Shown here: in pieces, positions 52,725 through 64,000 of the stretch
How the letters are laid out: each line of letters begins with the position of its first letter
Position numbering within the stretch: the stretch's first letter is position 1
Assembly: GCF_006345805.1 (NCBI RefSeq)
Contig: NC_042997.1
Location: 116,312,001 to 116,376,000 of the forward strand
Length of the DNA stretch: 64,000 bases
Direction: 5' to 3'
Source: Octopus sinensis
Lineage: Eukaryota
Notes under the pieces: model-generated
What the model saw: the letters and a program-made list of their open reading frames with translations, nothing else
Told to the model about the DNA's origin: nothing
Database searches by the model: none
Position numbers and translations under genes: made by a program

Positions 52725-53400
52725 GAGCTGACAGAAACGTTAGAACGCCGGGCGAAATGCTAATACGGTATTTCGCCTGTTTTTGCGTTCTGAGTTCAAA
52801 TTCCGCCGAGGTCGACTTTGCCTTTCATCCTTTCGGGGTCGATAAATTAAGCACCAGTTACGCACTAGGGTCGATATAATCGACTTAATCCATTTGTCTG
52901 TCCTTGTTTGTCCTCTCTGTGTTTAGCCCCTTGTGGGTAGTAAAGAAATAGGTATTTCGTCTGTCTTTACGTAGTGAGTTCAAATTCCTCTGAGGTCGAC
53001 TTTGCCTTTCATCCTTTTCGGATCGATTAAATAAGTACCAGTTACATACTGGAGTCGATATAATCGACTTAATCCGTTTGTCTGTCCTTGTTTGTCCTCT
53101 CTGTGTGTAGCCCCTTTTGGGCAGTAAAGAAAAAAGAAACGTTAGCACGCCGGGCAAAATGCTTAGCGATATTTCGTCTGTCTTTACATTCTGAGTTCAA
53201 ATTCCGCCGAGGTCGACTTTGCCTTTCATCCTTTCGGGGTTGATTAAATAAGTACTAGTTACACACTGGGATCGATATAATCAACTTAATCCGTTTGTCT
53301 GTCCTTGTTTGTCCCCTCTGTGTGCAGTAAAGAAATAAGAAACGTTTGTATGCCGGGCGAAATTCTTAGCGATATTTCGTCTGTCTTTGCAAAATGTTTG
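52725..53400 (+). mobile_element. Family-A SINE array: three tailed units plus a terminal partial head, inside a Tc1/mariner remnant
   Basis: Junctions at 52951 (ggtatttcg site) and at 53135 and 53338 (agaaacg site). Confidence 0.85.
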
Positions 53401-53751
53401 GCCTTGTATCTAGAGTAAAAAAGATTTTTCGAAGCTATGCTTTGGTGATTTTTGCAAAGGATCCCCGAATACCGTCCTTCAACTGATGGGTATTCTGGTA
53501 TCGTTAATGCGAAATACTCCTTGGTAATATCCCTCAGAACGTTATCGTAAGACGTGAGGTCTGGACTTCTGGGAGGCCAGTCGATAGGTGCTTGAAACTG
53601 TTGCGATCCTCGCCCTGTCCATCTGTTCCGAAAATTTTCATTTAGGTATTCCCAGTCTGATTAGCATTGTGGGGTGAGACACCATCTTGTTGAAACCACC
53701 AATCATTCAGCTCAACATTCAACCTCTGGAGCTGTGGAACAAACCACTCCC

Positions 53752-53988
53752 AGTTCTATATTTAAGAGATGAGGAATCATGTACATTGTTTACATTATTT
53801 ATATTTGACAGGTATATGACAGTGGTTAAGAGCACGGGCTACTAACCCCAAAATTCCGAGTTCGATTCCAAGCAGTGACCTGAATACTACTACTACTACC
53901 ACTAATAATAATAATATTGAAAAATACCTTAGGAATGTGAACCCAGGTTCGAAATTTCCTCAAGACAAATGTAAATAATGTAAATAAT
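53752..53988. mobile_element. 237-bp insertion (Penelope-like ends plus tRNA-like head) with 11-bp TSD
   Basis: aaaccactccc at 53741-53751 and 53989-53999 duplicates the transposase codons for REWF. Internal cagtggttaagagcacgggctac..gagttcgattcc. Confidence 0.65.
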
Positions 53989-55159
53989 AAACCACTCCCT
54001 TAACATGGCCAAGTAAGATTGCTGGTTAACAATGCCCTCAAAGAAATAGGGTCCTACCAGGTGCTTACTTGATAGGTGGCCCAAATCATTACAAAAAATA
54101 ATTATAATAATGACAATAATAAACAATATGTAGGGCGTACCAAGACTTTTAGACCACCTTGTATTTCTTCTATTATTGTTGAGTTGATACTCTTGTGATG
54201 CTCCTTGCCAATCCAAGACTTTCTCTAGCGACTAGAACAATCTCATCTCACGAAGCCAGTTCCTTGACACACTTCATGTAATCTTGTACTTTAATTGGTA
54301 GTTTAGTCTCTGTGGACACTGTACGTCACACAGAACAGCTGAGTTTGACATATGGCTGATGGTATCCATATAATAATAATGGCATTGTTATCTGTGAATC
54401 AATCTTGCCATAACTACAAAAGTGTGTCATCTCCCATTCGAATTTATTTTTTCATAACTTTCTGAATAATTGATATTTCCCTCTGAAATTTTAGACAAAT
54501 TTGTGTCAGATGCTATAGATTACAATTATGCCAGTTTAATGTGAAAAACAAATGGTGGAAGGGAGAGTTCACACATCTCGACTTTGTTTCTTTGTACATT
54601 TTGATGAAGTAGATCAGAATTGTGTTGAACAAAAATTACTTTTATGAGTATTGCACCCTTTCCCTGATGGAATTTGTTACAACAATATTTTTTGATGAAA
54701 TGAACTTTTCCAGAGATACTGTCACAAGTTAAAATTATCAGAGATGAATTTGTGAGTTTAGTGGTATGGCAGTTTGCTATGCTACAGACCCTAGAATATA
54801 CCCACGTGGTCCCACAAGTCAAATCGATCTAGTTCTAGATATCTTTAACTAGTTTCAGTTCACAAACTTCAGCTATGCTGGAGCACCACTGTTTACAATC
54901 CTGTAAATAATAATAATGGTATTTTTATACAAGCTTAACGCTTATGGTGATCACCGTGCAATGACTAATGAAAATAGTCTAAGAATGAGGCATATAAGCC
55001 CTTGACAGACAAAAAAAGGCTTTCCTGTCTGCATGGGAGTCGAACCCACATCCCCTTGTTAATGCGACTAATTGTGTTACCTTTACACCTGTGAATCAGC
55101 CTCTTGATTTCTGTCAAATTTAAGCACTATAATAGTTTGTGTTTGCTTTTATGTAAACA

Positions 55160-55196
<37 letters not shown>

Positions 55197-55422
55197 TAAT
55201 CCCGCCCCGCCAAAAAAACAGAAAAAGGACAAGAAAAAAACAATAACGCAAGGATGTGGTATATGCAAAGTATTAAGAGACACTCGGGGAATGAAAGAAA
55301 CGGCATTTTATGTTTCGAGCAAAGCTCTTCTTCAGAAACAGGAGTCAGAGAAAAGTCCAAAAGAAAAGGAAGATGGAGGAAAAATCACCAGAAATCCACA
55401 TGTAGTTACATTTTGGAATGTT

Positions 55423-55455
<33 letters not shown>

Positions 55456-55459
55456 ATAG

Positions 55460-56095
55460 ACCCATGAAGATATGGGATGAGTTGGTCAAGCATGACCTTC
55501 GAACGTTGGGCCTCACAGAGGCAATGATGAAAGACCGAAACCTCTGGAGATATGCTGTGACTGCGAAGACCCGACAAATAAAGTGAGTTCATTGCTGTAT
55601 CCTACACCAGCTTCACACAACCAGCCCCAGCCCATTCAAAGTACCTTGGATCGTAGGATGGCCTGTGGTGCTTACCTTGGATTGTGGGGTGACCTGCTGT
55701 GCTTGAGGAGACCTATTGAGTCAAGTACATCAACATCAAAATAAAAACAAATGGAAATTGTAGTTGTGATATGTGTGCCAGAGGCACGTAAAAAGCACCA
55801 TCCGAACGTGGCCGATACCAGCGCCACCGTGGCTGGTTTCCATGCCAGTGGCACATAAAAAGCACCAACTGATCATAGATGTTGCCAGCCTCCTCTGGCC
55901 CCTGTGCTAGTGGAACGTAAAAAGCACCCACTACACTCATGGAGTGGTTGGCATTAGGAAGGGCATCCAGCTGTAGAAACACTGCCAGATTAGCCAGGAG
56001 CCTGGTGCAGCCTTCTGGCTTCCCAGACCCAGATGAACCATCCAACCCATACTAGCATGGAAAACAGACGTTAAACAATGCTGCTGCAGATGATG
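55460..56095 (+). mobile_element. 5'-truncated RTE-clade LINE (ORF end, 3'UTR, (GAT)n tail)
   Basis: RPMKIWDELVKHDLRTLGLTEAMMKDRNLWRYAV*. The 3'UTR carries ggcacgtaaaaagcacc repeats and gttggcattaggaagggcatcc. Confidence 0.8.
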
Positions 56096-56409
56096 ATATG
56101 TGATTTTCCCAGTGAAGACACATTGTAACATCCCCTGGTTGTTGAACCCAACAGAGCGGTAATCAATATCATATAAAATATATGATGTTAAGTTTGTGAA
56201 CTGACAGAATCGTCAGTACACCAGGCTAAATGCCTTGTCCCTCTTTACATTCTGGATTCAAATGCCACTGTGGTCAACTTGGATTTTCATCGTTTCAGAG
56301 TTGATGAAATAAGTACCAGCTGATCAGTTGGGTCAATATAATTGACTTAACCTCTCTCCCAAAACTGCTGGCATTCTGCTAAAATTTGAAACCAATAATA
56401 TATGATAGA

Positions 56410-56600
56410 TCACCATGATAGATCGTTAGCCACTACACACATTTTTTTCTCTCCTTGTTTCTGTCCTTGTTTTTTCTGTGTCCCTTTCTGTAGAAGAGCG
56501 TAGGCTCGAAACATAAAAGACTTTTTCTATTCCTGAGCGTTATACTAATACATCTGTTCGATTTGTACACCACCTGTCTTTGTCTTTTGTTTTTTTCGTA
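56410..56600 (+). mobile_element. Penelope-like terminal-repeat fragment
   Basis: gaagagcgtaggctcgaaac (hairpin gagc-gtag-gctc followed by GAAAC). Family identity is from recall. Confidence 0.45.
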
Positions 56601-56621
56601 AACTCTCTCATTATATATGAT

Positions 56622-56835
56622 ATCATCATCATTTAACGTCCGCTTTCCATGCTAGCATGGGTTGGACAATGTTACTGAAGACTTATGAACCAGATGGCTG
56701 CACCAGGCTCCAATCTGACCTGGCAGAGTTTCTACAGCTGGATACTCTTTCTAACGCTAACCACTCCGAGAGTGTAGTGAGTGCTTTTACGTGCCACTGA
56801 CACGAGGGCAAGTCAGGCAGTACTGGCAACGGCCA
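56622..56835 (-). mobile_element. RTE 3'UTR fragment
   Basis: catcatcatttaacgtccgctttccatgctagcatggg. Confidence 0.75.
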
Positions 56836-57382
56836 CACCATATATATCTCTATGCCTGGGCCAGGCCGAGTTTGCAACCGCTAAGGAGTTGATCAAGCTA
56901 TTTTATATGATGTTGTCATCTGTGATAAAGCTAGTACAGAAGGTGTAATCCTTCAGATAATCAACACTAATCAACAGATGGTGTAACCTGTTTGAAAACA
57001 AAAAAAAGGAGTCTTATTCATATCTAACCCTTTAGCACTCAGATTACACTGTATAATGTTACTAACTGACACTCCATTGGTTATGACAAACAGGGTCCCA
57101 GTTGATCCATTCAATGGAACATCTTGCTTGTGAAATAAACATGCAAGTGGCTGAGTATTCCACAGACACGTGTACTCTTAACGTAGTTCTCAGGGAGATT
57201 TAATGTGACACAGAATGTGACAAGGCTGGCCCTTTCAAATACAGGTACAACTCATTTTTGCCAGCTGAGTGGACTAAAGCAATGTGAAATAGAGTATCTT
57301 GCTCAAGATCGCAATGCATTGCCAGGAATCAATCTCACAACCTTACAATCTTGTAGCTTAGAGATTTTGATGATGTCTCTTT

Positions 57383-57594
57383 TACTTTCTTTTACTCGTT
57401 TCAGTCATTTGTCTGTGGCCATGCTGGAGCACCGCCCTTTAGTTGAGCAAATCGACTCCAGGACTTATATTCTTTGTAAGCGTAGTACTTATTCTATCAG
57501 TCTCTTTTGCCGAACCGCTAAGTTACGGGGATGTAAACACACCAGCATCGGTTGTCAAGCGATGTTGGGGGAACAAACTGACACACAAACATAT

Positions 57595-57637
<43 letters not shown>

Positions 57638-57803
57638 GGAGTAAGCACATAAATGTGAAACAAGGTGGAAAAAAGAGTACTCAAATACCGGAGGTAGAGT
57701 AATATGCTTTATTTAAAAGCAGCAGAAATATAACAAAAGCTGTTACTCAGAGTTTCCCGTTCCCGTTTGTCAGACAGTTTTGTTCATCAGACTTTTAAAT
57801 AAA

Positions 57804-57844
<41 letters not shown>

Positions 57845-58003
57845 TACGACGGGCTTCTTTCAGTTTCCGTCTACCAAATCCACTCACAAGGCTTTGGTCG
57901 GCCCGAGGCTAAAGTAGAAGACACTTGCCCAAGGTGCCATGCAGTGGGAATGAACCTGGAACCATGTGGCTGGTAAGCAAGCTACTTACCACACAGCCAC
58001 TCC
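57383..58003 (-). mobile_element. Family-B SINE interrupted by a Penelope-like fragment (about 57620-57800)
   Basis: Tail half 57383-57590 and head half 57847-58003. Confidence 0.78.
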
Positions 58004-58917
58004 TGATTGCTTATTTTTAGAACGACATTGTAGGGTAAGTGTGAGAGGCCGAATCCAACCAATTTGAACATAAAATATATAGGATATTTAGGCCAGCTTT
58101 AGCCAGTTTCAACACCAAAGAGTTAAAGAACTGCATCTCACTAATAAAAGCTGTCTTGATAGTGAGATTGCTAAAGTTTCAGGCCGCTGTGAATATCTAA
58201 TGTTGGAGACTGTCACATTTATTATCAAAGGATTCGTGCAAAATTACACTCCTGTCAGTTTAAGTGTACAATTTCAGTTATTTTGTGTGTTAAATGTCTA
58301 GTGCACTTTTTTTCTATTCTCTGCTGAGTAAGAGAAATGGTGTTGCACAGAACAAACAACTTTGTTTGTTTTCACAGAAGACATAAAACAGACCAGAAGT
58401 TTTATTGGATGCTTTTTATTTATTTATATGGTTAATTTCCTGTTTAAATAGATGTATATCAATAGTTGTGGACAAAACAGAGCCTAAAAGAGGTGAGAGA
58501 GAGAGAAAGAGAGGTAGAGGGAGAGTTTGAAGTAACGGATGAGAAAAGTGTGTTGTGGAAGATCTAGAGAGTGAGACACAAAATGGGTAGATTTTAATGG
58601 TTTTGCCAGAAAAGGAAGGGTAAAACCTATGACCTTATAAAAGACCTCTGACATTGATGGGTGGAAGGTTTTATTCAAACCAGACACCTTACCTGAATAA
58701 CCTTCACTGAAGGCACTAAAAGATACCGATGGCTTACGTAGTGGTGTTAAACTGGTTAAGCGTGGCTGTGTGGTTAAGAAGTTTGTTTCCCAACCACATG
58801 GTTTTGGGTTCACACCCACTGCACTTTGAGCAAATGTCTTCATCTACAGACCCAGCCTAACCATAACATTGTGAGAGTGGATTTGGTAGACAGAAAGTGA
58901 AAGACACCTGTCATATA

Positions 58918-60161
58918 TAGGGTGCGTAAGATATTTGAGGACAGATTTATGTTTAAAAAAAATATATATAATACCAGATAATAACTTTATTTATCAAAAA
59001 TGCTATAAAGGATAAAAATAAACCTTCTTTTCTATAATGTTATTCAATAAAGCCACCTTCAGCTTCAACAATTGCTTCTGTATGAGATCTAAATCATCTA
59101 CATGCTCGAATCAAGTGGTCCTGGTTCATTTTGGACATTACTCTGACTATGGTAGCTTTCAAAGAATCTTTGGTGTTATGGGGATGTTCATTGGCCTCTC
59201 TTTCAACAACACTCCATATGTAATAGTCCAATGGATTGAGATATGGGGAATTAGGAGGCCAAATGTTAGGGGTTATGTGATCATGAGAATTTTCAGTCAT
59301 CCATTCCTGTGCTACTAGAGCCATGTGTAATAGTGCAGAATCTTACTGAAACACATCTGGTCTTCCATTGCATACACTGTCTATCCAGGGCTTAACAATT
59401 ATTTCCAGGACCTCAATGTAGCAATGTAGGCAGCAGAGTTAACTCTAAGGCCTTGTGGAAAGAAGTAAGGAGGCATCACATGTCCTTCATTGCTGACACC
59501 CCTAAAACCATGACAGATGCAGGAAATTTTGTATGCATAACACTTGGAACTTCAGAAGGGTCTGCACATAACCATCTATCATTTCTTCTGTTAACTTTTT
59601 GATCTTGGTCAAAGTTTTTCTCGCTTGAGAAAAACCAAATCAAATCTTCTGCTGGATTTTTCAATTAGTTTAAGAGCCTTTTAGATCTGATGTAGTGATT
59701 TTCTTTTTCTGACAAATTGACCTTCCCCTCATCATATAAGACTTATATCTGATGTCTTCGTAGACAACATTTCTGACTGTTCTTTCTGACACATGGAGAT
59801 CTTTTGCAATTGACCTCATGGACTTTCTGGGATTGTAATCAATGGTCTGTTGAACTTTATGGATAAATTCAGATATTCTGATGATTTCAGAGTGTTTAGA
59901 ATGCTTTGATACTGGTGATATGTTTCCATCTTCAGTCTCTAGTTCCTTACAAACTTTGTAGACAGAAGATTTGGCAAATTGAGATATTTCTAAATCTCTT
60001 TGCTGAGCCTTTATAACCACATTAACAGCATGTCTCTTCATTTCTTGAGTAAGTTGAGTGTCTGCCATTATTACTTTCTGAAACAAAGATTATACAGAGT
60101 TGGCAAAAAGTGCAGCAATGACCCCAAAAAAGGTATGTCCTCAAATACCTTATGCACCCTG
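58918..60161 (-). mobile_element. Near-complete DD37D (maT-type) Tc1/mariner element, inactive
   Basis: About 26-bp TIRs (tagggtgcgtaagatatttgaggaca / tgtcctcaaataccttatgcaccctg) with TA flanks. HTH IAKDLHVSERTVRNVV and FFSSEKNFDQDQKVNRRNDRW. Exactly 37 residues lie between the D of Q*DSA and the D of PLDY. Stops and frameshifts are present. Confidence 0.88.
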
Positions 60162-61284
60162 TATATACCATCCTCGTTGTCATCATCATTTAATGTCTGC
60201 CTTCCATGCTGGCATGGGTGGGATGGTTTGACAGGAGCTGGCCAGGCCGAAGCCTGCATTAGACTTCTGTCTGTTTTATATACAGTAGAACCTCACAGTA
60301 TGAGTGCACCATTGCATGAGTAATGTGCTGTATGAGCCAAGACATGCAACTTTTTGTCTTGCAGTACGAGTGGAAATCCACAGGATGAGCACACACATTG
60401 TCCCATCTTTAAGGTAATTCATTTAATAAAACCAGCTTACATTCTTTTGCATTCTCTGTTTTATAATTGTCATTTTACTTGTAACTACACCTTTTCTGTT
60501 TTAAAACCCATAAAAAATTATTTTTGAGTGGTTTTGTGGGGCTGGAACAGATTAATTATATTCTAGTTAATTTCAATGGGGAAAATTTTTTGTAAAATGA
60601 GTAAATCATAAGACAAGCTTGGTCATGGAACGAAATAAACTTGAAGAGCGAAGTATCACTGTGTGTGTGTGTATGTGTGCGTGTGCGTATATATATATAT
60701 ATGTCCTTTTATTCTTTTATTTGTTTCAGTCATTCTGTTTTGAACCAGTAGACGATGGATCAAATATCGCTGTTTTTTTTACCTTTTATGTCTTGCAGGT
60801 ACTTGGTGACCCTGTCAGTGCAGGTACCACCTAAAAGCAACCAGTCCACACTGTAAAGTGGTTGGTATTCAGAAGGGCATCCAACTGTAAAAACCTTGCC
60901 TAAACTTGTTCAACATAAAAAGCACTACTCACCTTGCCTGTGCTTGTTATCATCATCATCCAGTGTTTTAAATCTGGGTTTTGTCCCTAGTAACGGGAGT
61001 GGCTACCTCAATGCCATAGCAACTGAGATAGGCAGGTGCAGCCCACCCCGACCTTTGGGCTGGCTGGTGCCCATTCTCCTTTGTTATCATGAGGCCTTTT
61101 TGGAGCTGCATTTTCTACAGGGTGCATGTCCCTGCTTACCCCCGACCTCAGTTTCTAGACATGAGTGGTCCCAAGACCAAGGCCTCTACCATGACTTTTA
61201 AGAAATGTTGTGGAAAACTTGCTCAGGAAGGCAGGGACGCTACTCACTGAGATCTCTTACAGAGCCCCCACCCCCACCACTACC

Positions 61285-61500
61285 ATGTAAAAAGCACTAC
61301 TCACCTCACCTGTACTTGTGCCACGTAAAAAGCTCTAAGTCCATTCTGCTGAGTGGTTGGTGTAAGGAAGGGCATCCAGCTGTAAAAATCCTGCCAAAAC
61401 AGTGACAGAAGTCTGGTGCAGGCTTCGGCCTGGCCGGCTCTTGTGGTACCATCCCATCCATGCTAGCAAGGAAGACAGACATTAAACGATGATGATGAAA
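61285..61500 (+). mobile_element. RTE 3'UTR fragment
   Basis: ccacgtaaaaagc..ggaagggcatccagctgta..aaacgatgatgatg. Confidence 0.7.
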
Positions 61501-62633
61501 GTTACCCTTCCTCCATCCTTTCTTTCTTTCCTTTATTTATTTATTTCCCTGACATTGTGGTGTTTAAGACTAAATTGTGCAGTGTTAGCTCATTGGTGAA
61601 ATAAACTTATGTTACTGATATCTGGTCATCAGACAGAAATCTACTGCTTCATTACATGAAACCCAGGGTAATAGCTTGTGATGCTTTTTAGCTTCAATAA
61701 CCCTCTATGTTTTACTCTACCTTTGCTATTTGACTACTACTACTACTATTTTCTCCAACTTGCTTTGTACCTAAGTGTGCGTGTAGCTGTGTCTTTTATC
61801 TTTTACTTGTTTCAATCATTGGATTGTGGCCATGTTGGGGGGCACCACCTTAAAAGGTTTGGTGGAACAAACTAATGTAAGTACTTACTTTTTAAGTCTG
61901 GTACTTATTCTATCAGTCCTATTTGCTGAATTGCAAAGTTATATGGATGTAAAGAAACCAGTACCAGTTATCAAGTGGTGGGAAGGGACAAATAATACAC
62001 AAAGACACACACACACACGCTGTATTTATATGTATGATGGGCTTCCACACAGTTTCAGCCTATCAAATTCCCTCATGAGACATTGGTATGCATCTATAAT
62101 TTGCATTTACAAATATATATTTTTGCATTTGTAAATGCAAAATATCCTTCCTCCTACTATGTATGATAGCTTGAAATTATAACTTTATCACTAACTATTT
62201 ACATCATTAGCATAAGTGAAACCGGTTGACCATGTAAATATTTTATTTCGTGAAAATATACATATTTTTACCAACATAAAATTTCGTGTATATATATATA
62301 TATATATACACATACACAATTCATTGATGTAAAACTGTTGAAGACAAAAGCAAGGGTTACTTCAGATCATTCCTCACATTTCAGAGTATAGAGAAGAAAG
62401 TGATGTGAAGTGACAGCCCTTCCTTAGCTGAATGATTCCATATTGTAGGAATCCCTTACTATAAATATCAGAGCTTTGAATCCAACCAAGGCACATTTTT
62501 CACCTTGGAATAGAAAAATATTTCAGCTAATAAAGTGAATTATCGAAGACTGCTATTTCTGTAATTTGATGAATATAATTAATTAATTAACCAACTAATT
62601 AACTAGATTAATAATTGAAGAAAGAAAATCTCA

Positions 62634-62666
<33 letters not shown>

Positions 62667-62685
62667 GTGTGTATGTATGTCTGTA

Positions 62686-62719
<34 letters not shown>

Positions 62720-64000
62720 CATACACACACACTCACACATATATACCTGTATACATACATATGTATTGATGTGTATGTGTACATATATGCATATGCATTA
62801 TGCTTGTGTGTATATGTATTTTATGTATGTATTTATATATTCTATATACATGCATGTGTGTGTATATATGTATGTGTATACACACACACGCACATACAGA
62901 GAGAGAGAGAGAGAAAGGGGTGCACAGTGGGAATGGTTAGAGGCAGATGGAAGCAAATAGCTCAACTGACAGAAAACTAAATAAATAAATAAACAAATAA
63001 GTAAATAAAACAAACAAACAAAGCCAAAAATATTGACAAAGCATTGGAAGAAAACATGAAAGAGTTTTATTGATTGCTGCCGGCAGAAGGTCATTTCAAA
63101 CTCAAACAATCAACACATCATTCACACATATTATCCAACATCGAAATATCACTGACTGACCTTTATTCTGTACAACAAAACAATCAAACTCGAAGATCAT
63201 TGTGTTTCTGATAGTAATTATTCAATATGGCTGCTCCGATCTCTTGATCTCACCACCACCCCTCCACCCCCCTGCTCCACCTGCCCCCTCTCTCTCTGTA
63301 GACTTTTGCTTTTGCCCCTTTTGTTTGCAGTTACGTAGATGCGTCTAGGCACTTGCTTATTTCAAATGAAAATTTGCTTGAATGACAAAACTTCTATAAA
63401 GAACTTGTAAATCACTTAACAAGATTTTAATTCCATTTTAAGTGTGGCTATGTGGTTAAGAAGCTTACTTCTTGGCCAAGCAGTTTCAGGTTCAAATCTC
63501 CTGTATCGTAGCTTCAGCTTAGCGTCTTCTTTTGCTCTGAACTGACCAAAGTATTGTGGGTGGAATTGGTTGGTAGAAACCGAAATAAATCCTCATATAC
63601 ATGCATACCTACATACGGTGTGTGCGTATATCTTTTTCTTTATTATTTTTTAAGCCTGGTACTTATCCTATTGGTCTCTTTTTCCAAACTAAGTTACACA
63701 CATACACACAATGTACTGTTCTGTGATGATAAGATCAAGAAAAATGTAATTCATCTGGTGGATGATGATGATGATGATGAATACATATTTTTATGTGTTA
63801 TTAGTTTCATGTGCTAAGAACATGACAAACATGGTTTTATAACATGTCTGACATCTTGGCACAGTCATCAGGCACTGTCCACATGATTATGCTGAGATGT
63901 CAGATAATAAAAAAATGTTTGGCATTTTCTCAGTACACACTAATAGTAGCACACAAAAACATGTATTGTGTTTATTAAATATATTGTGTGTTAGTATCAT

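Larger units (their letters stand above)
52524..54161 (-). mobile_element. Internally deleted Tc1/mariner element with nested insertions
   Basis: TIRs gagggtggtctaaaagt / acttttagaccaccttg with TA flanks. Transposase remnants VGPYFFEGIVNQQSYLAMLREWF, WFQQDGVSPH and WPPRSPDLT on the minus strand. Confidence 0.82.

Overview
AT-rich, repeat-dense eukaryotic (animal) DNA. The SINE families and the microsatellite load look like octopus/coleoid cephalopod sequence; this is from recall, not a database search. Most of the 64 kb is intronic or intergenic: microsatellites, several tRNA-derived SINE families, RTE, CR1-like and Penelope-like fragments, Tc1/mariner elements and MITEs. There is one 100-N gap. 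The only credible host coding sequence is a terminal exon at 45693-46198 (+), encoding a transmembrane helix and a Tyr-containing cytoplasmic tail. The main finding is a linked retroelement system. A full-length but decayed Tx1-clade (L1 group) LINE at 5645-10960 sits inside the head of a tRNA-derived SINE, with a 16-bp target duplication. The long-tail form of that SINE carries the LINE's 3' end. It re-enters other copies of itself at the same nucleotide (C^GGTATT), building tandem arrays and swapping tails. A 421-bp headless Tx1-derived element with a similar tail occurs twice. Other points of interest: a 1.25-kb inverted duplication about 0.8 kb upstream of the exon, hammerhead-ribozyme-like motifs in a palindromic element, and an ETS-motif cluster.
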